64,000 nt of DNA, taken from positions 2,232,001 through 2,296,000 of the forward strand of contig CM060731.1 in NCBI GenBank assembly GCA_030704615.1. Direction: 5' to 3'. The translations under genes and the position numbers were made by a program. The DNA comes from Takakia lepidozioides (taxonomy: Eukaryota; Plantae; Bryophyta). Below the pieces are notes generated by a model that was not told the origin of the DNA, made no database searches, and saw only the letters and a list, made by a program, of their open reading frames with translations. This document shows positions 22,630 through 36,503 of this stretch, one piece after another; position 1 is the first letter of the stretch, and each line of letters opens with the position of its first letter.

Positions 22630-25600
22630 AGCCTAGAAATCTCCTTATTCATCCAAAGCGGCGATACTCATTCATCGCATAATTTTGCGGCTTAAAGTAC
22701 CGTTAAACCGTTACAATGATAGTTCAGCTAGGGTTAGTTTAGGATGGTGGCCGCATCCTGCCCCTTCATTAAATCTAAGGCTGTGAAAAGGCGCCGCAGG
22801 CTTGGCCTGTCACGCCTCGCCACGCGGCATGCAACAGAAGCTAGGGCTTTTTGTATAAAGACGGCGCCCTGACATAGGTCAGGGGCGGTGTACTCGGGTG
22901 TTAGTATATATGTGAAACTGGTGAACAGGCAGTGGATGAGAGTTCATTTGTGTCAGATTCTTGTGTTGATCCTCCTCTCGTGCATCGCTCGCTCTTCTTG
23001 CTTACCCCTTCATTGTAAAAAGTTAGGAAATGAGTATATGCTTCACGCTCGTTTTGTGGTGGAGAGAAGCCGGGTAGCGTATAGACGTTTGGCATAGCAT
23101 TGTTAGGTTGTTCGACAGATTCGCGCACTAATCTTTCTTGCATAGTTGCTCTCTAATCAATCTTGTCTGATGGCGGCTAGCCACCTTGCAACGTTTTCTC
23201 CTGCTGCTGCGTTTTTGCTTTCTTACCCTGCTCATTGTGTTGTGTTGCAGGTAGATAGCCTCAGTGCGTAGTACTAGTTGTGTAGCACGTAGAGAGGGAG
23301 AGAGTCTTTCGGTGCAGGTTGATTTGGTGTTTGCGATTGAGACTAACCCTGCCTTGACGGTGTCGACTGATCCTACTACTGCTAACCCTACTAATCGTGC
23401 GCTGCTTGGCATTGTTGCCTCGCCAGTGTCACCTCTGCGTGAGCCTAGCACTAATGGTCCCAGTCTTGTCGTGCATTTGAATTCATCTAGCCCTAGATAT
23501 GATGCTGATATGAATGAGGCAGAGACCTGGTCACCGAGAGACGAGAGGTTGCCCAGCTCTTTAGATAGTTGCAATCCAGAGTATTATAATTTTGACAATT
23601 TTTACGATCCAGGTCCTGATTACGTTTGCCCGAGAGAACGACAGAGGGAGTTTGAGAGGGACATTGAACGTTCTCGAGAGTATGATGAATCGTTAGGTGA
23701 GTTGCTTCCAGAAGATGTTAACTGCCTTGAGAGGTTTGAGGAGTCTGTTCGAGAGGATGCTCGTCGTTTGAACAGTCATCACGAGGCGATCTTTGCCCAA
23801 CCAGGAGCAAGCTCTGATTTTGGCAGACAAAGTGCGTTGTGCCAGACCCGAGCTATTGTGGCTGTCAGGAACTCCCTACGCTTGCGGCCAGAAGTTTTCA
23901 AAGCTTACCTTCTTCACCATCGGCAGTTAGCCTGGGAAGCTCTGGGCCTACACCTACCTCTGTCCATCCGTCGTGAGTCGGGCCTGTGGCAGACCTCTGA
24001 ACAAGCGGAAGGTTCTTGGCTGTCGCTGTTGCTGAAGGCTCTGGTGCCTTGCTTCTACGGGCTCTTCGATTTCATTCTAGAGTTTGTCGGTGCAAACCCA
24101 CGACCGTCGATCTGGTGGATGGTCTCGTAGGAAGCAGTTTGAGTGTGCACCCCGATCGAGCCTATCAAGATTCAGATGACAAGGTGATGCCCGGGTGGGA
24201 GGTGTTGTTATGGATCGAGATTCAGTCTGAATTCGATGAAGACCGGAAACAATATCCAGAAAGTACAGCATGGAGAAGAGAAAAGAGCTTACACCAGAAG
24301 GTAAGCAAGGCCATAGCCCAAGTACAAAAAGGAACACAAATACCTTCTGGAGATCCAACTCCAGATAATCAAATCAGACCAACCACAAAGAACCCAAATG
24401 AGACCACGGAGACAGCATTGGCTGAAGTAATATACCAGACCAAGACACAAATCACAATTGGATAATTATTGAAAATTGCCCCACACTGCAATAAAACATT
24501 ATTTCAGGCAATTGAAGCATTGACCGTTATTACTCGGGAGACCGTGGTTAACACAGGCCCAATCTCACCACGATTGGGGAAGTCAGACTCTCACGATCAA
24601 GAAAGGAGCAGAACAAATCATTATCACCACGAAACAACGAGGTACAATTCCACAAGAGAAACGACCTTGCATAGTGGAAGAGTATGACTGGTCTAGTGGA
24701 CTGTCGGATGAAGAAGAAGCTACAGTGTATGCAGCGCATCCACAGTTAGAACCCATTGGACAACTAGTGGTCAAGCATACCACGACAATACGGTGCCACA
24801 TGGTGAACACCCAAGGAGAAACAAGCACACCAATAACAGAAGATCCTGAGGAAGAAGCTATGGACACACCTCAGCACCCCGCACAGTTCTATCAAGAAAA
24901 AAAAAAAAAAAAAAAACATTAGCATCAGTGAAGTACCTGCCACGATTGCTACCATCGGACAGGAGATTGCCGGATGGACAGTGACGGAAGAAACTCAATT
25001 GATTCAAGTGAATCTGGGAACAGTGGAAGAACCACATATAATACGAATAATTGTTGGCCTTGAAGAATCATTTTACAAGAAGCCACTGCACTATTCATTG
25101 AATACAAAGATGTATTCGCTTGGAACTACAAAGATTTGAAGGGCATACCTCCCAAAATTTGTCAACACCGGATTGAGTTGGAAGTTGACACCAAACCAGT
25201 TCGTCAAAACCGATACAGAATGAACCCCAACTATGCAGCTAAGGTTTGGGAAGAAATCAAGAAATTACTAGATGGAGGATTCATATACCCAGTAGAGACC
25301 TTGGGGGGTGCACTCTTTATAAAATGTCTGTATCACGTGCGTTCGCCGCCTAATAAAAAAACCTCCTGTATACAGGTCCTTGGATCATTTATACCCCCTC
25401 TGTACATACATTTTGAAGATTATAAAACCCCCTCCTGTAAACATATAGAAATTTGTAATTTTTTTTTAAATTACCGCCTTCTGTATGTATATTTTCCTTT
25501 TCAATAATTAAAAAATACCTCAAATATGTATATGTATGTTTTTATATTATATCAAGTTTATTCATTTAAAAATAGAATAAAATCTAATTAATTAATTAAA

Positions 25601-28600
25601 AAAATCTGTTTGCCCTCGATAAAACTTGTTGTGGAATCTCACTTTGAACAATAATCAGATGCAGAGAGGAAAGGGACATTGTCAATGCCCGATGTGCAAG
25701 AGGCCTGAAGAAAGTTTCCATTTTCTGATATACAGTCCTGGGTATTTCCATCAGAGAGTGACCCTCTTGAAGACCATCAAGACCTAGTCACTGCACCTCT
25801 GTTCATCAACTAGGACAGTTTCTGAACTTGTTCTACAGTTTCACCTTCGCAAGGTCCAATTATGTTCAAAACCTACTGTTGAGAATTCCTCTCCAAAAAG
25901 AGATTTCGTGCGCCTTTGTTGCCACTGTTGGAGTCCAACCTGACTCGCAGCTGACAGAGTTCAATACATTCAATTAGGTGACAAGCATTTCATTTCACCA
26001 ATACTCCCCACATGAACAAACACCATTTTGGAAGTGGTGAAAGCGGTTTGCATCCCGTACAACAATCTCTTGCTTAGCTATCTTTGAGATGAATTTGGTG
26101 GTTGTGTGGCAATCACCACACATCCGAAGATTCCTGATGATCCCCAAAGACATCCCAGAGGGTGTGTTGATAAGCCCAAAAACAATGGCCAGCTTCTCAT
26201 TGTGGTGGCAAAGAGACGATTCTTTAAGCTCTTCCTCAACATCATGCAATGCAAAGCGGGCTTCACCCCTTCGCACATCATTTGCTCATAGGTCTCCAAA
26301 GCCTCCATCCCGCGCCCTTGCTGTGCATATCCTGCAATCATCGCACTCCACGACAGCACATCTCGTTCAGCCATACCGTCGAACACTCCCTTCATACATG
26401 TCCACGAGGGTATTGTTCATAATGACATTTGATACAATTGCAAATCTGACAATGTCGCCATGGACCTCTTTGCCCTTTTCCAGAGCTGACAGGCTTGCAC
26501 ACGCATTGCAAATGTACACAAACGTGATGTGGTCGGGCTTCACCCCTTCCCCCATCATTTGATCATAGGTCTCCAAAGCCTCCATACCACATCCCTGCTG
26601 TGCATACCCTGCAAGCACCGCACTCCACGACACCACACCTCGTTCAGCCATGGAAACTCCCTTCGCATCCTTAATGCACCCACATTTGGCATACATGTCC
26701 ACCAGGGGAGTGTTCAGAATAGTTTTAGCTCAGAACGTGACAGACACAATAGATTCACCAATCTATTATGCAAGCAGATTGCTGACATTCGTTGAAAAGA
26801 ACTATAGCACCACAGAAAAGGAGGCATTGGCAATGATTTATTCTGTTCAGAATTTTTGGCATTATTTACTTGGCAATCGCTTTAAGTTTATTGTTGATCA
26901 TCAGGCTTTGGTTCATTTGGCAAATCGACCACTAGCTAGTGGCAGGGTTGCTCGATGGTTATTACTTCTTCATGAATATGATTTCGAGGTTGTTCATAAG
27001 CCTGGAAGATTACATGTTACAGCAGATCATCTGTCAAGACTTACTACTGGAGAACCAGCAACAGGAATAGAGGATCAACTTCCCGATGCATTTTTGTTTG
27101 CTGTTCAACCAGAACCACAAAAAGAAAGATAGACCCTCTAGACGCTCTGGGAGTATTCCAAGGAGACTATGACCTTCCAGACTCGCTTAAGTTGATGGAT
27201 GACATAGATGAAGAAGAAGACTCATCAGATAAAGACGAACCCCTTGTAGAAGGACCAATTATTGAGGAAGAGTCAGATCCAGAAGAAGAAGATGACAAGG
27301 AAAACAAGGAGCCAAATGATCAAGAATTGGCCAATATTAGCATTGGAACTTATGCAGTCACCAAGGAGGAACCAGAAGACATTCGAAATCAAGATCAAGA
27401 TCCAGATGATTGACAATGGCCAATCAAATACTATCTGAACACAAGAAAATGTCCTGAAGACTACACCAAAGATGACAGGAGAAAGCTTTTAATGAAAAGC
27501 AAGCCATACACAATTATCAGAGGTATTCTGTACAAAAAAGGAATTGATTCTATAATGAGAAGATGTGTGAACAAAGTGTCCAATGTTTTATGTCAGAATA
27601 ATCATTTTGGAACACCCCAAAAATACAATGATAAATTAAAAATGGTCCAGAAAGAAATGACACAGTTGTAACTACAAGCCAAAACAGTGATCCAAGAATT
27701 ACATGAAGGAATGGCAGGAGGACACTTCAGTTCAGACCTGACAACAAAGAAGATATTACTAGCTCAGGTTACTGGTGGCCTACTATTTTCGGAGACACTT
27801 ATGAACACTGTGGCCAACAGTGTGATGTTTGGCAGAGAATGGGACCAGTAGAAAGAACTGGAAAATGAGCGATGCACCCAATATTACCAACAGAGCCATT
27901 TCAGCGTTGGGGGCTAGACTTCATGGGACCCATTAAACCTCCAGCAAGATATACACAGAACCAATACATTTTCATAGCCACTCATTACACTACCAAGTGG
28001 GTAGAGGCCAAGGCATTAAGAGACAACACTGCCAAGTCAACAACCAGTTTCTAAAATGAGAACATCATCACACGATTCGGTTGTCCACTAGAGTTTGTCA
28101 GTGATCAAGGATCACATTTTATGAATGATGCCATAAAAAGCCTGACAGAGGAGTTCATGATTGTGCACCACAAAGAGTACCGCTTATTACCCTCAGGGTA
28201 ATGGCCAAGCAGAATCTACCAACAAGATTTTGTGCACTATCTTGACTAAGATAGTGAATGCCAATCGCACAGATTGGGACACCCAAATGAACACGGCACT
28301 ATGGGCATTCATGACATCATACAAGGTGACCACGAAACATGGTGTATGGAGCAGAAGCACTGATACCAATTGAATGTATGGTACCCACACTACGAACCTC
28401 GACTCATGAACGATGGGGTCTGGAGGAATCACTGCAAGTCAGGGAACATGAATTATTCCACTTGGAAGAAGTTCGAACAGACGCTGCAGATAACATGGCA
28501 CAAATTCAAGAGCAGCGGAAAAAGAGAGTATCAGAAGGGAAAGTAAAATCTTTCCAAGATGGAGAAATAGTTTTATGGCTACCAAAGATCAAGAAGATTA

Positions 28601-31600
28601 AACTGGGGGGGAAGTTGAAAATGCCATGGATGGGGCCTTTTCAAATAAAAAAGGTACATGATAATGGATCTGTTGATTTACAGATCCTGGAACAAGAATT
28701 CGTGGGACGAATAAACATCAACAAGTTAAAGGGCTATAAGGGGATACACGACCGAGCCCTCATCCATGATTTATATGCCAACGAAGAAGATCAAATGATA
28801 GATGAAGAACGAGAAAGCTCCAGCGCTTTCTACATCCATCACGACACCACGGTGAATCAGCAAGTATTGAAAAAGGTGGCAATACGAATTCAGGGCACAG
28901 CCGCTTTACGACCACCACGAATTTGGAGCATGGCATTACCGCCGCTTATACCGTACGGAGAACTGTGGCCATCACGCATGCCCTACAGAAAACACCAACG
29001 AAAGAGAATCAAGCACATCCAGAAAAAGGATGAGATCCATCCAAAACCGTTACCAGAAGCCAAGTGCTTCTTGGTAAGTGTGGGCCTGGCAATTAAAGCT
29101 AACTGCGCTTTAAAACCAGGTGGACAGCTCATCAAAATTACCTCCACAGGAACTTCTCGGGAAAAGCAAACGAAAGCCCAAAAGGCAAAACCCCTACTTA
29201 AACCCCGAAAGGCGTTCTACATTTCCTCTTCCGCGAACTGGAAATTGCTGTATACACAAGTTCCAGTGCGCTTTATACTGCTGTTGATACAGGAATTGAT
29301 GATTCAATTCCTTACAACAAGAGCAAGACTAAGGGAAATGGCAGGCATTAAGCGGAAGACACCAGGCCCTTATGCGCACGTGGGATTCAAGATCAGTCCA
29401 GCCTTGAGGAGGATTGAGCAAGATGCAGAAACGCAGGAAATACTCGACAGTCTTGGCCTGCGGTATTTCATCAATACCCTGGATTGGAATCTCAAACACG
29501 ACAAGCTATGCAGGGAGTTCTTGGAGAATTACAACACCAATACTCGGGCCACCAACATTCGCAACACACAGATATTACTGATGGAGCAGTACCTAGCAGA
29601 GGTGTTTCATCTTCCCAATCAAGACGTCCCAGCGCACAGCAGCAAACTACCTAGGTTTACCATCACATATCTGTTTAAAGATCTCACGCAAGCGGATCAG
29701 GGCTACACATGTAGTCAAAGCAAAAATCCAGGCTTTCAGAAGAGAAGTCCAGTGCTTAGCACGTTGCTTTGCCTTAGGCAAAACCATAGCTATTGCACTA
29801 ATGAACTGCTCAACTAGGTGTTGATTTGCCTCAACGGGCAAATCGTGAATTGGGCAGGGTTCTTACTGAAGAAGCTGATCTAAGAATTAACCCAACTGAC
29901 AAAGAAGAAAAACCAGTCGACAACAACCATGGTAACTCCCCTACTTCTGCAAATGATCCGACACACCGTGCATTTGACACCAGAAGAGCAAGCAACATTA
30001 GGAGTCATGCAGCGGGCACACACGGTGGAGGAGGAAGGAAGCGAGATGGCATCAGGGCAAGATGAGGAAGAACAACCATTGGAGGGAGAGGGCGAACTTG
30101 CAAAGAGGGCCCGAATCGACGAAGTGACAATGAGCGCAATGGTAGAAGACCTCTTCAACTCGACGGCTGATTATACACTGCAGAGAGAAAGAGAGAATCA
30201 ACAGCCAGAAGGAGGGGACAAGCAGCAAGCCAATGAAGTGACACCTATGGAAATTGCCACTGCCAACACAGAAATCCAGCAGACAACACTTGCAGAGGTC
30301 GCACAACCAGCCATAGTTGTGCAGCAACAGCAGGTGGTACAAGCAACACAAGGTCAGCAGCAGCAAGACAATAATTCTAATTTGGAATTATTACTCTCAC
30401 AACAGCAGGTCCTAGACACAACAGCATGGGACACAGGATTGGAGGAAACCCCAACAAACGCAATTCTCCAGGCAATACACACCTTAAGCCAGACAACATT
30501 CAAGATGAACAAGGCCAAAGATTACATAAGCCCGGAGAACCTTCCAATGATTATGGATCACCTCAAAGAAAAGCACCAGAGGGAACTTGCAGCAACACGT
30601 ACTATTTGTAACCATGAGGTTACAATTGCAGCTTTGGAGGCAAACGCAGAAACTGGAGACACAACATGTACAGGCAGATCTCGATGCAGAGAGAGAGAGA
30701 GAGAGAGATCCAGAGCCATGGAGGAGGAAGTAGTAACCCTCAAAAAGCAGCTTCACGAGACTAAGTCACAAGCAAACAAAATTATGGAAAACAATACTAT
30801 ACTACTGAGAGAGAGAAAAAAGACAGAGAATAGGCTATTCACAGCCACTACAGAGAGGGACATTGCCCTAGGCAATGAACAAGAATGGAAGCAGCAGCTG
30901 GAGAAGCTGACACTTCAAGCAGGACTGGACGCAGCAGATGCAGCCTTAGCACGGGCATGGCTAAATGAAGAAACTCAACACGACAATGTTGCAGCAGATG
31001 AAGGGCCAATTGGCAAAATTGGTGACAGATATTCATGAGGAATACCTGCCACCAATTCCAGAGCAAGAAGAATTAGTGGATGAGGATGAGCAGGAGGAAC
31101 AAGACCACGAACAAGGACATGAAGCACAAATTCAATCAACAACAACAACACCAGCACAAACCCCACCAGCAATACAACCACCACAGCTTCAACAGACACC
31201 GGTACAAGCCACAGCAGGGCCATCCACACAAGAGATAAACCCCCTCCCATTGCCAAGCATTCTTGTGGCATCGACTTCAATAGCAGTGGATGATTTTCAA
31301 ATGATGCCATGCAAACAGGATGGGGAGTGGCTAAAGTATTCAGAGGAATACTTTAAGACGATGATAGTCCCAGCCCACCAAATTCCAGAAATGGTGGAGA
31401 AGGTATTCAAGGCCTTAACCCCCTGCAAGTAATTGGGCCAATTGCATTTGCTCAATCAAATGCTCATACCTTCGAGATATAAGATGAGGCCACTGGGCAA
31501 GGAGGAAACATGGTCAGGGCAAAATTGGTAGAATTCTGGCGCCAAGCTCCCCTGGAATATAAGGAACTGGTAGCTTACATGTGGGCAGTGGGACAGTTGA

Positions 31601-31990
31601 AGATCAACCCAACCCCAGCAGTGGATGTAGTAATGGGCTGCCCAAACTTTTCTATTGGCAGCTACTTGTACAGGATATTCGTCACACTGAGGGGAAGCTG
31701 GCAGCGGTATGAGAGTATTGACAAGGATACTCACTGGGAATTACCCAAATTCCATCCACCAGAGAGAGTCTCGGGCACTTCAGCATATATAAACAGACCA
31801 CTGTATGCTGAAGCATGGCGCCAGGCAAAGGATCATTTCACACTGTTGGTACTGGATAAAGGCCGCCCCTTCAAGGAGACAAGGACACAGGCAGTTAACT
31901 GGTTAATGTGCAGCAGGGCGACCAAAGACATCATCCTTCAAATTTATGCTTAGATGCTTTCAGCTTTGATTTGTCGGGCATTTGGTACAC
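22630..31990 (+). mobile_element. Degenerate Ty3/gypsy (non-chromovirus) LTR retrotransposon with internal deletions; boundaries approximate
   Basis: 5' ORF 23264-24130. Gag tail ALAEVIYQTKTQITIG. Pre-RT DLKGIPPKICQHRIELE. RNase H IYYASRLL..NYSTTEKEAL. Integrase [16 protein letters not shown] and WMGPF. Long 3' ORF ~29338-31953. Collinear with 36504-49422. Confidence 0.85.
25995..26720 (-). pseudogene. PLS-class PPR-DYW RNA-editing factor fragment
   Basis: LVDMYAKCG..VVSWSA..GYAQQG..GVKPDHITF repeats. DYW domain HHNEKLAI..NLRMCGDCH..RDANRFHHFQNGVCSCGEYW*. Frameshifts, and E domains deleted. Confidence 0.92.
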
Positions 31991-32930
31991 GAAGGAATAC
32001 CGTATGACCACGTCCCTCGACAAATCAACTTAGTTGTTCACACCACTTGTTGACAACATGGGCGTCAATAGCGTAGGTGGCGCATGCTCAAAAGAGCCAT
32101 TTACAGCCTGCGGTCATTAATGACCGTAGCCTAACTGCCTATGCAACCTAAAAGGTTTGCCAAAAAAGTGGCCCGTGGCCCGTGCTCGTGCTCGTGACTT
32201 GTGGTCGTGTGCCTATCGTGGTACACGGCTCACGGCCCCTTACTAATCCTCCTACTAGTAAAGCCTATGCTACCGTGGCCGTGTGATATCGTGGTTCACG
32301 GCCCACGGCTGCTACACTACCCACTACTGCTCCCGTGGATATCCCCCCCCCCCCCCCCTCTCTTTTGAAATTGTGTCCGCACAATTTCGTCAATTTCTGT
32401 ATTTGTTCTGTCGTTACGGGGGAATGTAGGCTGGTGGCATGCCCGTCTGTTGGTTGAGAAGTGCCCTCCATGTTGATGATGGTCTTGGTGGCAGCTTCTA
32501 GTTCATGTTGTCATTACTGTCTGGCGCATCATGTGGCTCGTGTATGGGCCAGCTTTCGTCATCCGGGGTCCAGGTGATACCCCGTCCCTGCGTACCATGT
32601 CAATCTTGGTGGACAGAGTTTCTCGGTAAGTAAGCAGCTCCTCCTTGGTCAGTCTAAGGACTTAAGCAGCAGCATGGATGTTGATTTGTGGAACGGTAGT
32701 GTTCCCACTGCCACTAACGATTACTATGTAATCTTTCTATAGACATACCGTCGGACAGCCTCTGTTGAGTGCCTTGGGAAAATGGGCTGCACTGTTGAAA
32801 ACCCATTTTTCCGCCACAACACCTGCAACAAGCAAATCACACACCTAGCACCCTCCCCTTGACTGATGCATAAGTCTATAGTCCAAGCTAGCAGCTCCCT
32901 TGGCTCTTCGAAGCCTTAGCTCCGCAGCTT
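31990..32930 (-). mobile_element. Fragment of another LTR element: 3' internal region, G-rich PPT (~32342-32362) and start of LTR
   Basis: The minus strand reads agagag(g)n a tatccacggg..., followed by cacgg/cacgag repeats like those in the other LTRs. Confidence 0.5.
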
Positions 32931-33740
32931 CTCTCACTATGTGACCCCTTTACTCTATATATAGGTTCTATCCCACACCAATTGTGTACTCTCTTTACCC
33001 TCTAAGCAATGCAGCGACTCTTTTACTGATATCATGTCACTTTATATTCATCTCTCCTCCAACGTAACACTACCTCACAATGATCACTTCCGACTCCTTA
33101 CAAACACTTACCACGCCCACGACGGTTATCTTGTTCATCTCACCAGCAGATCGCGATGCCACTGCCAAGACACACACAAGCCTACCCTGCCCGACTCCCC
33201 CTCACACACTCTCCACTCTCGACACCCCCACCCGCTTGTACCCCGATTGACCCACCCACTCCGTCCCCCCTACACCCTCCACATGGTTGCATTACAACCC
33301 AGCCACGTCCCCCACCCAAATCAAATTAAATCTCCCCGTCGTCCACAACCGACACTTCAATATCCTTACACCAAAATCCACACGGATACATCATTACCCT
33401 ACTTAGAGAATTTCATCCATCCTGTTCCACTAAGTACAATACTCATCTCATGACTTATACGTTCATACCCCCGCAACACTACACTCAACCCAAACATTCA
33501 TCTCCCCTTCTCATCCTCAATCCACCAATACACCACATACAACGCATATACGCTATACTTTCAGGACAATACGGTCTCACTCAAACCAGCATATCAACAT
33601 CTATCTGACCACTTCATGCCATTTCTCACCAACTCACCTATCACCCAACCCGCAACCACATACCCAATATCCACTTTTGGCCTCCCTACTTGTGACTTCC
33701 CTGCCCTTGCCCAAGCTACCTCCGAACTCACCCAATACCA
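32930..33740 (+). mobile_element. Degraded C/A-rich LINE fragment (possibly APE region)
   Basis: Same strand composition as the sense strand of the LINE copies; weak TYTF...LSDH motifs. Confidence 0.3.
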
Positions 33741-34046
33741 GCCGTTGCCAATGTCTGTGCCAGCCTCGCAGCCTGGGAGATGGGCAAGGAGGTCCATGCT
33801 GACATTCAAAAGGCTGGAATTGTGCCAGATACCATACTAGAAACTGCCTTGCTTGACATGTATACCAAATGCGGGAACATTGAGGAGGCCCGTCAAGTGT
33901 TTGACAAGATAGCCCAACGCAGTGTGGTCTCATGGAACGCAATAATTTCAGGATATGCCCAGCATTGGTGTGGTAGGGAGGCTTTGGAGATCTACGAGCA
34001 AATATACAAGAAAGGGTGACACCCAATCAAGTCATGTTTGTTTGTG
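33741..34046 (+). pseudogene. PLS-class PPR gene fragment
   Basis: NVCASLAAWEMGKEVHADI..LETALLDMYTKCGNIEEARQVFDKI..SVVSWNAIISGYAQH; no start codon, truncated. Confidence 0.9.
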
Positions 34047-34279
34047 AGTGGCAGTATGGCTGCATCATCGGAGTTCCCTCGCCGGGAGCATTCCTTTGAG
34101 TATCGGGTGATCGGACTCTATCACATCATTTCCAGCACCAGGACTGGTGACGTACGTGGCCCCGAGGCCACAATGATTTGCAGATTGATGCGACGGCGCA
34201 TCTTGACCATTGTAGAGGAGGAGGCAGTGTTTCACGTGAGCATGAGCAGAAAATTTTGTGAGCACAAGAGGTATAATAC

Positions 34280-35060
34280 TTAATTTTGGAGAATATTCCC
34301 CTTAATTCTGAGCCCGAACCTAACCCGAACCTAACCCAAAGCAAAAACCCTGCCTCCCTGCCATAGACCCCGACGTCGGTCGTAGTTCCGCGCAGAACTG
34401 CAGATTCAAGCAGGAAGGATGAATCCGCGGAATACACGCGTCTTCCGCGGTAATACAAGACCATACATTCTGGGTGGGGAGGAGGACAGGAAAATGGAGG
34501 ACGATGGAATTGGATGAGAGTGATTTGGAATATCCAACGTAGAGCATGCCCCCATGCACTGCGGCGGGTATTCCATCTCACCGCCTTCCAATGTACCACC
34601 ACCTGGAAGTGAATATCACCTATGATATATATACATGGGATTGAAGTATCTGCAAACGATATGGGATAATGCAAGCGGCCGGACCAGGAAAAGAGATGAC
34701 AAACCATATGGAAATCCCAGCCGAACTGCGCTTGAAATTAATGATTTGGTTTGGAGGAACGTTGGAGTTAATTTGACAAGAAAGGATGGTAACGTTTGGG
34801 AATATGTTACCCGCACGCCCGCAGTTCCGCATGGAACTGTGTGCCAAAGCGACACAGGAAAATGTTGGGCCTCAGTTACTCGCACGCCCGCAGTTCCGTG
34901 CGGAATTGCGTACGGTCAACGCGGTACATGAGAATGTGGGGTCTGTTGGGACATTGAATACTGGAATATGTGTAGTTCCGTGCGGAACTGACATGTATTA
35001 ATAGACCCGCCTGTTGACCTTGCACTTTCCACCTCCCGCAATTCCGCATGGGATGGCGAA
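34280..35060. mobile_element. Probable DNA-transposon/Helitron-type terminal region with palindromic AGTTCCG..CGGAACT repeats
   Basis: cccgaacctaacccgaacctaaccc at ~34313-34337. Motif copies at ~34384, 34823, 34892, 34974 and 35040. Confidence 0.4.
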
Positions 35061-35866
35061 CTGGAAGAGACGGCAACACTAGTTGACCAAGAGAATGACC
35101 CTGTTCGAGCCGACATCTTGTTCAACAACACTGAGCATGCGAATTTGTCCATGAACGGTGGCGTTCCGGTCAGGGGGGCAATGGAGAAGTCCCCTGCCTT
35201 CTTCCAAACACTAACCTCACTGTCGGCACAGGTAATTCTATGATCGCAGCCACTTTCTGCAGCCGGCATTTGTTGGCCTTCTCCAACGATAAGGAACTGC
35301 TGGAGAGCAAGCTAAACGGACTACATGTCGAAGTGCACTTGGACTTGAGTGGGAAGGCTACATGACTCTTCTCCAAAGCTCTGGACTTTCGACTATGCTC
35401 TGTATGCACTACTTACGTTGTTTATCACCTACCCGCACACACCTTATGTTAGACACCCCTACGTACTCTGCACCTTCCCGCCTGTCCACCAAATAATACC
35501 TATGGGCACTGCCCAGCTCCATCTCCCCGACCCCTGCTATGCTTCCGTCAAGATACTCATAATATAAGTATGCCCAATCTGTCTACCCCCTATATAGTGC
35601 ATATCTATGTCTCATTATTCCATATACCGCCAACTACACCCAACCCTGCACCACACTGGCCTCACTATTTCCATACGAGTCACCGTTTGTTCTCTCTATA
35701 TGCTGCAGTTCCAGAATCAACAAGATACGCTTACCACATGTCATGCTGCTCAGCACAAGCTCATGGTTTCTGCTACACTCAACGACTACTCAAGTCAAAC
35801 GGTCTTTACTGGAAAGACTGTCACATGAGATATTTGAATTTCCTTGTGCAAATAAATTACGCATAC

Positions 35867-36153
35867 CAGCTCCTTGAGCTGCTTACATTCTTCCACATCT
35901 CCTATCAGCTCCTTGAGCTACATACAAATTTACACAGATACTCTCACTCCCTGAGCTGCTTACATTCTTCCACATTTTCTATCAGCTCCCTGAGCTGCAC
36001 ACAATCTCACACACCTACTTACAACTCCCTGACCTGCTTACATTCTCTCACAATCCCTACCAGCTCCTGGAGCTGCACACAAACTCACACATATACTATC
36101 AGCTCCCTGAGCTACAGACTACTACAAACAAGAAGACCCAGCTCCCCGAACTA
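35867..36153. repeat. 39-bp-period tandem array, 8 units with core CAGCTC(C/T)nGAGCTG
   Basis: Cores at ~35867, 35906, 35945, 35983, 36022, 36061, 36100 and 36139. Spacers alternate between two types. Confidence 0.85.
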
Positions 36154-36503
36154 CCTCTATCTCTACATACCTACAAACGGATACACTCATGTCAGGTTTA
36201 CGTGCCCAGATACGCATTACATGTACATGACCAGACATCCAGTACCCATATCATTGACACCCAATAGCAACCGCGTATACTTCCCTATAATCAACCCTCT
36301 CCTTACATCATCTGCTATGAGACCCAACAACGGGTATTCCCCTATAATCAACCGTCTGTCTACATCACCTACGGTGTGCCCACATTCTGCACCCACACTG
36401 CTACACCTGATCTATACGCTACTCTACAAAACAATACCCCACCCCCCATACCGTATACTACCCCGTACAAAAATACCCAGATCCCCCAAACACATACTAC
36501 ACT

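Noticed and set aside
28339-29817. 492-aa integrase fused to a novel domain
   Set aside because: The frame runs through a spacer that is poorly conserved with the sister element; better explained as the integrase end plus a separate 3' ORF starting near 29338.
35867-36153. CRISPR array
   Set aside because: Spacers are related and alternate between two types, cores are degenerate, there are no cas genes, and the context is eukaryotic.
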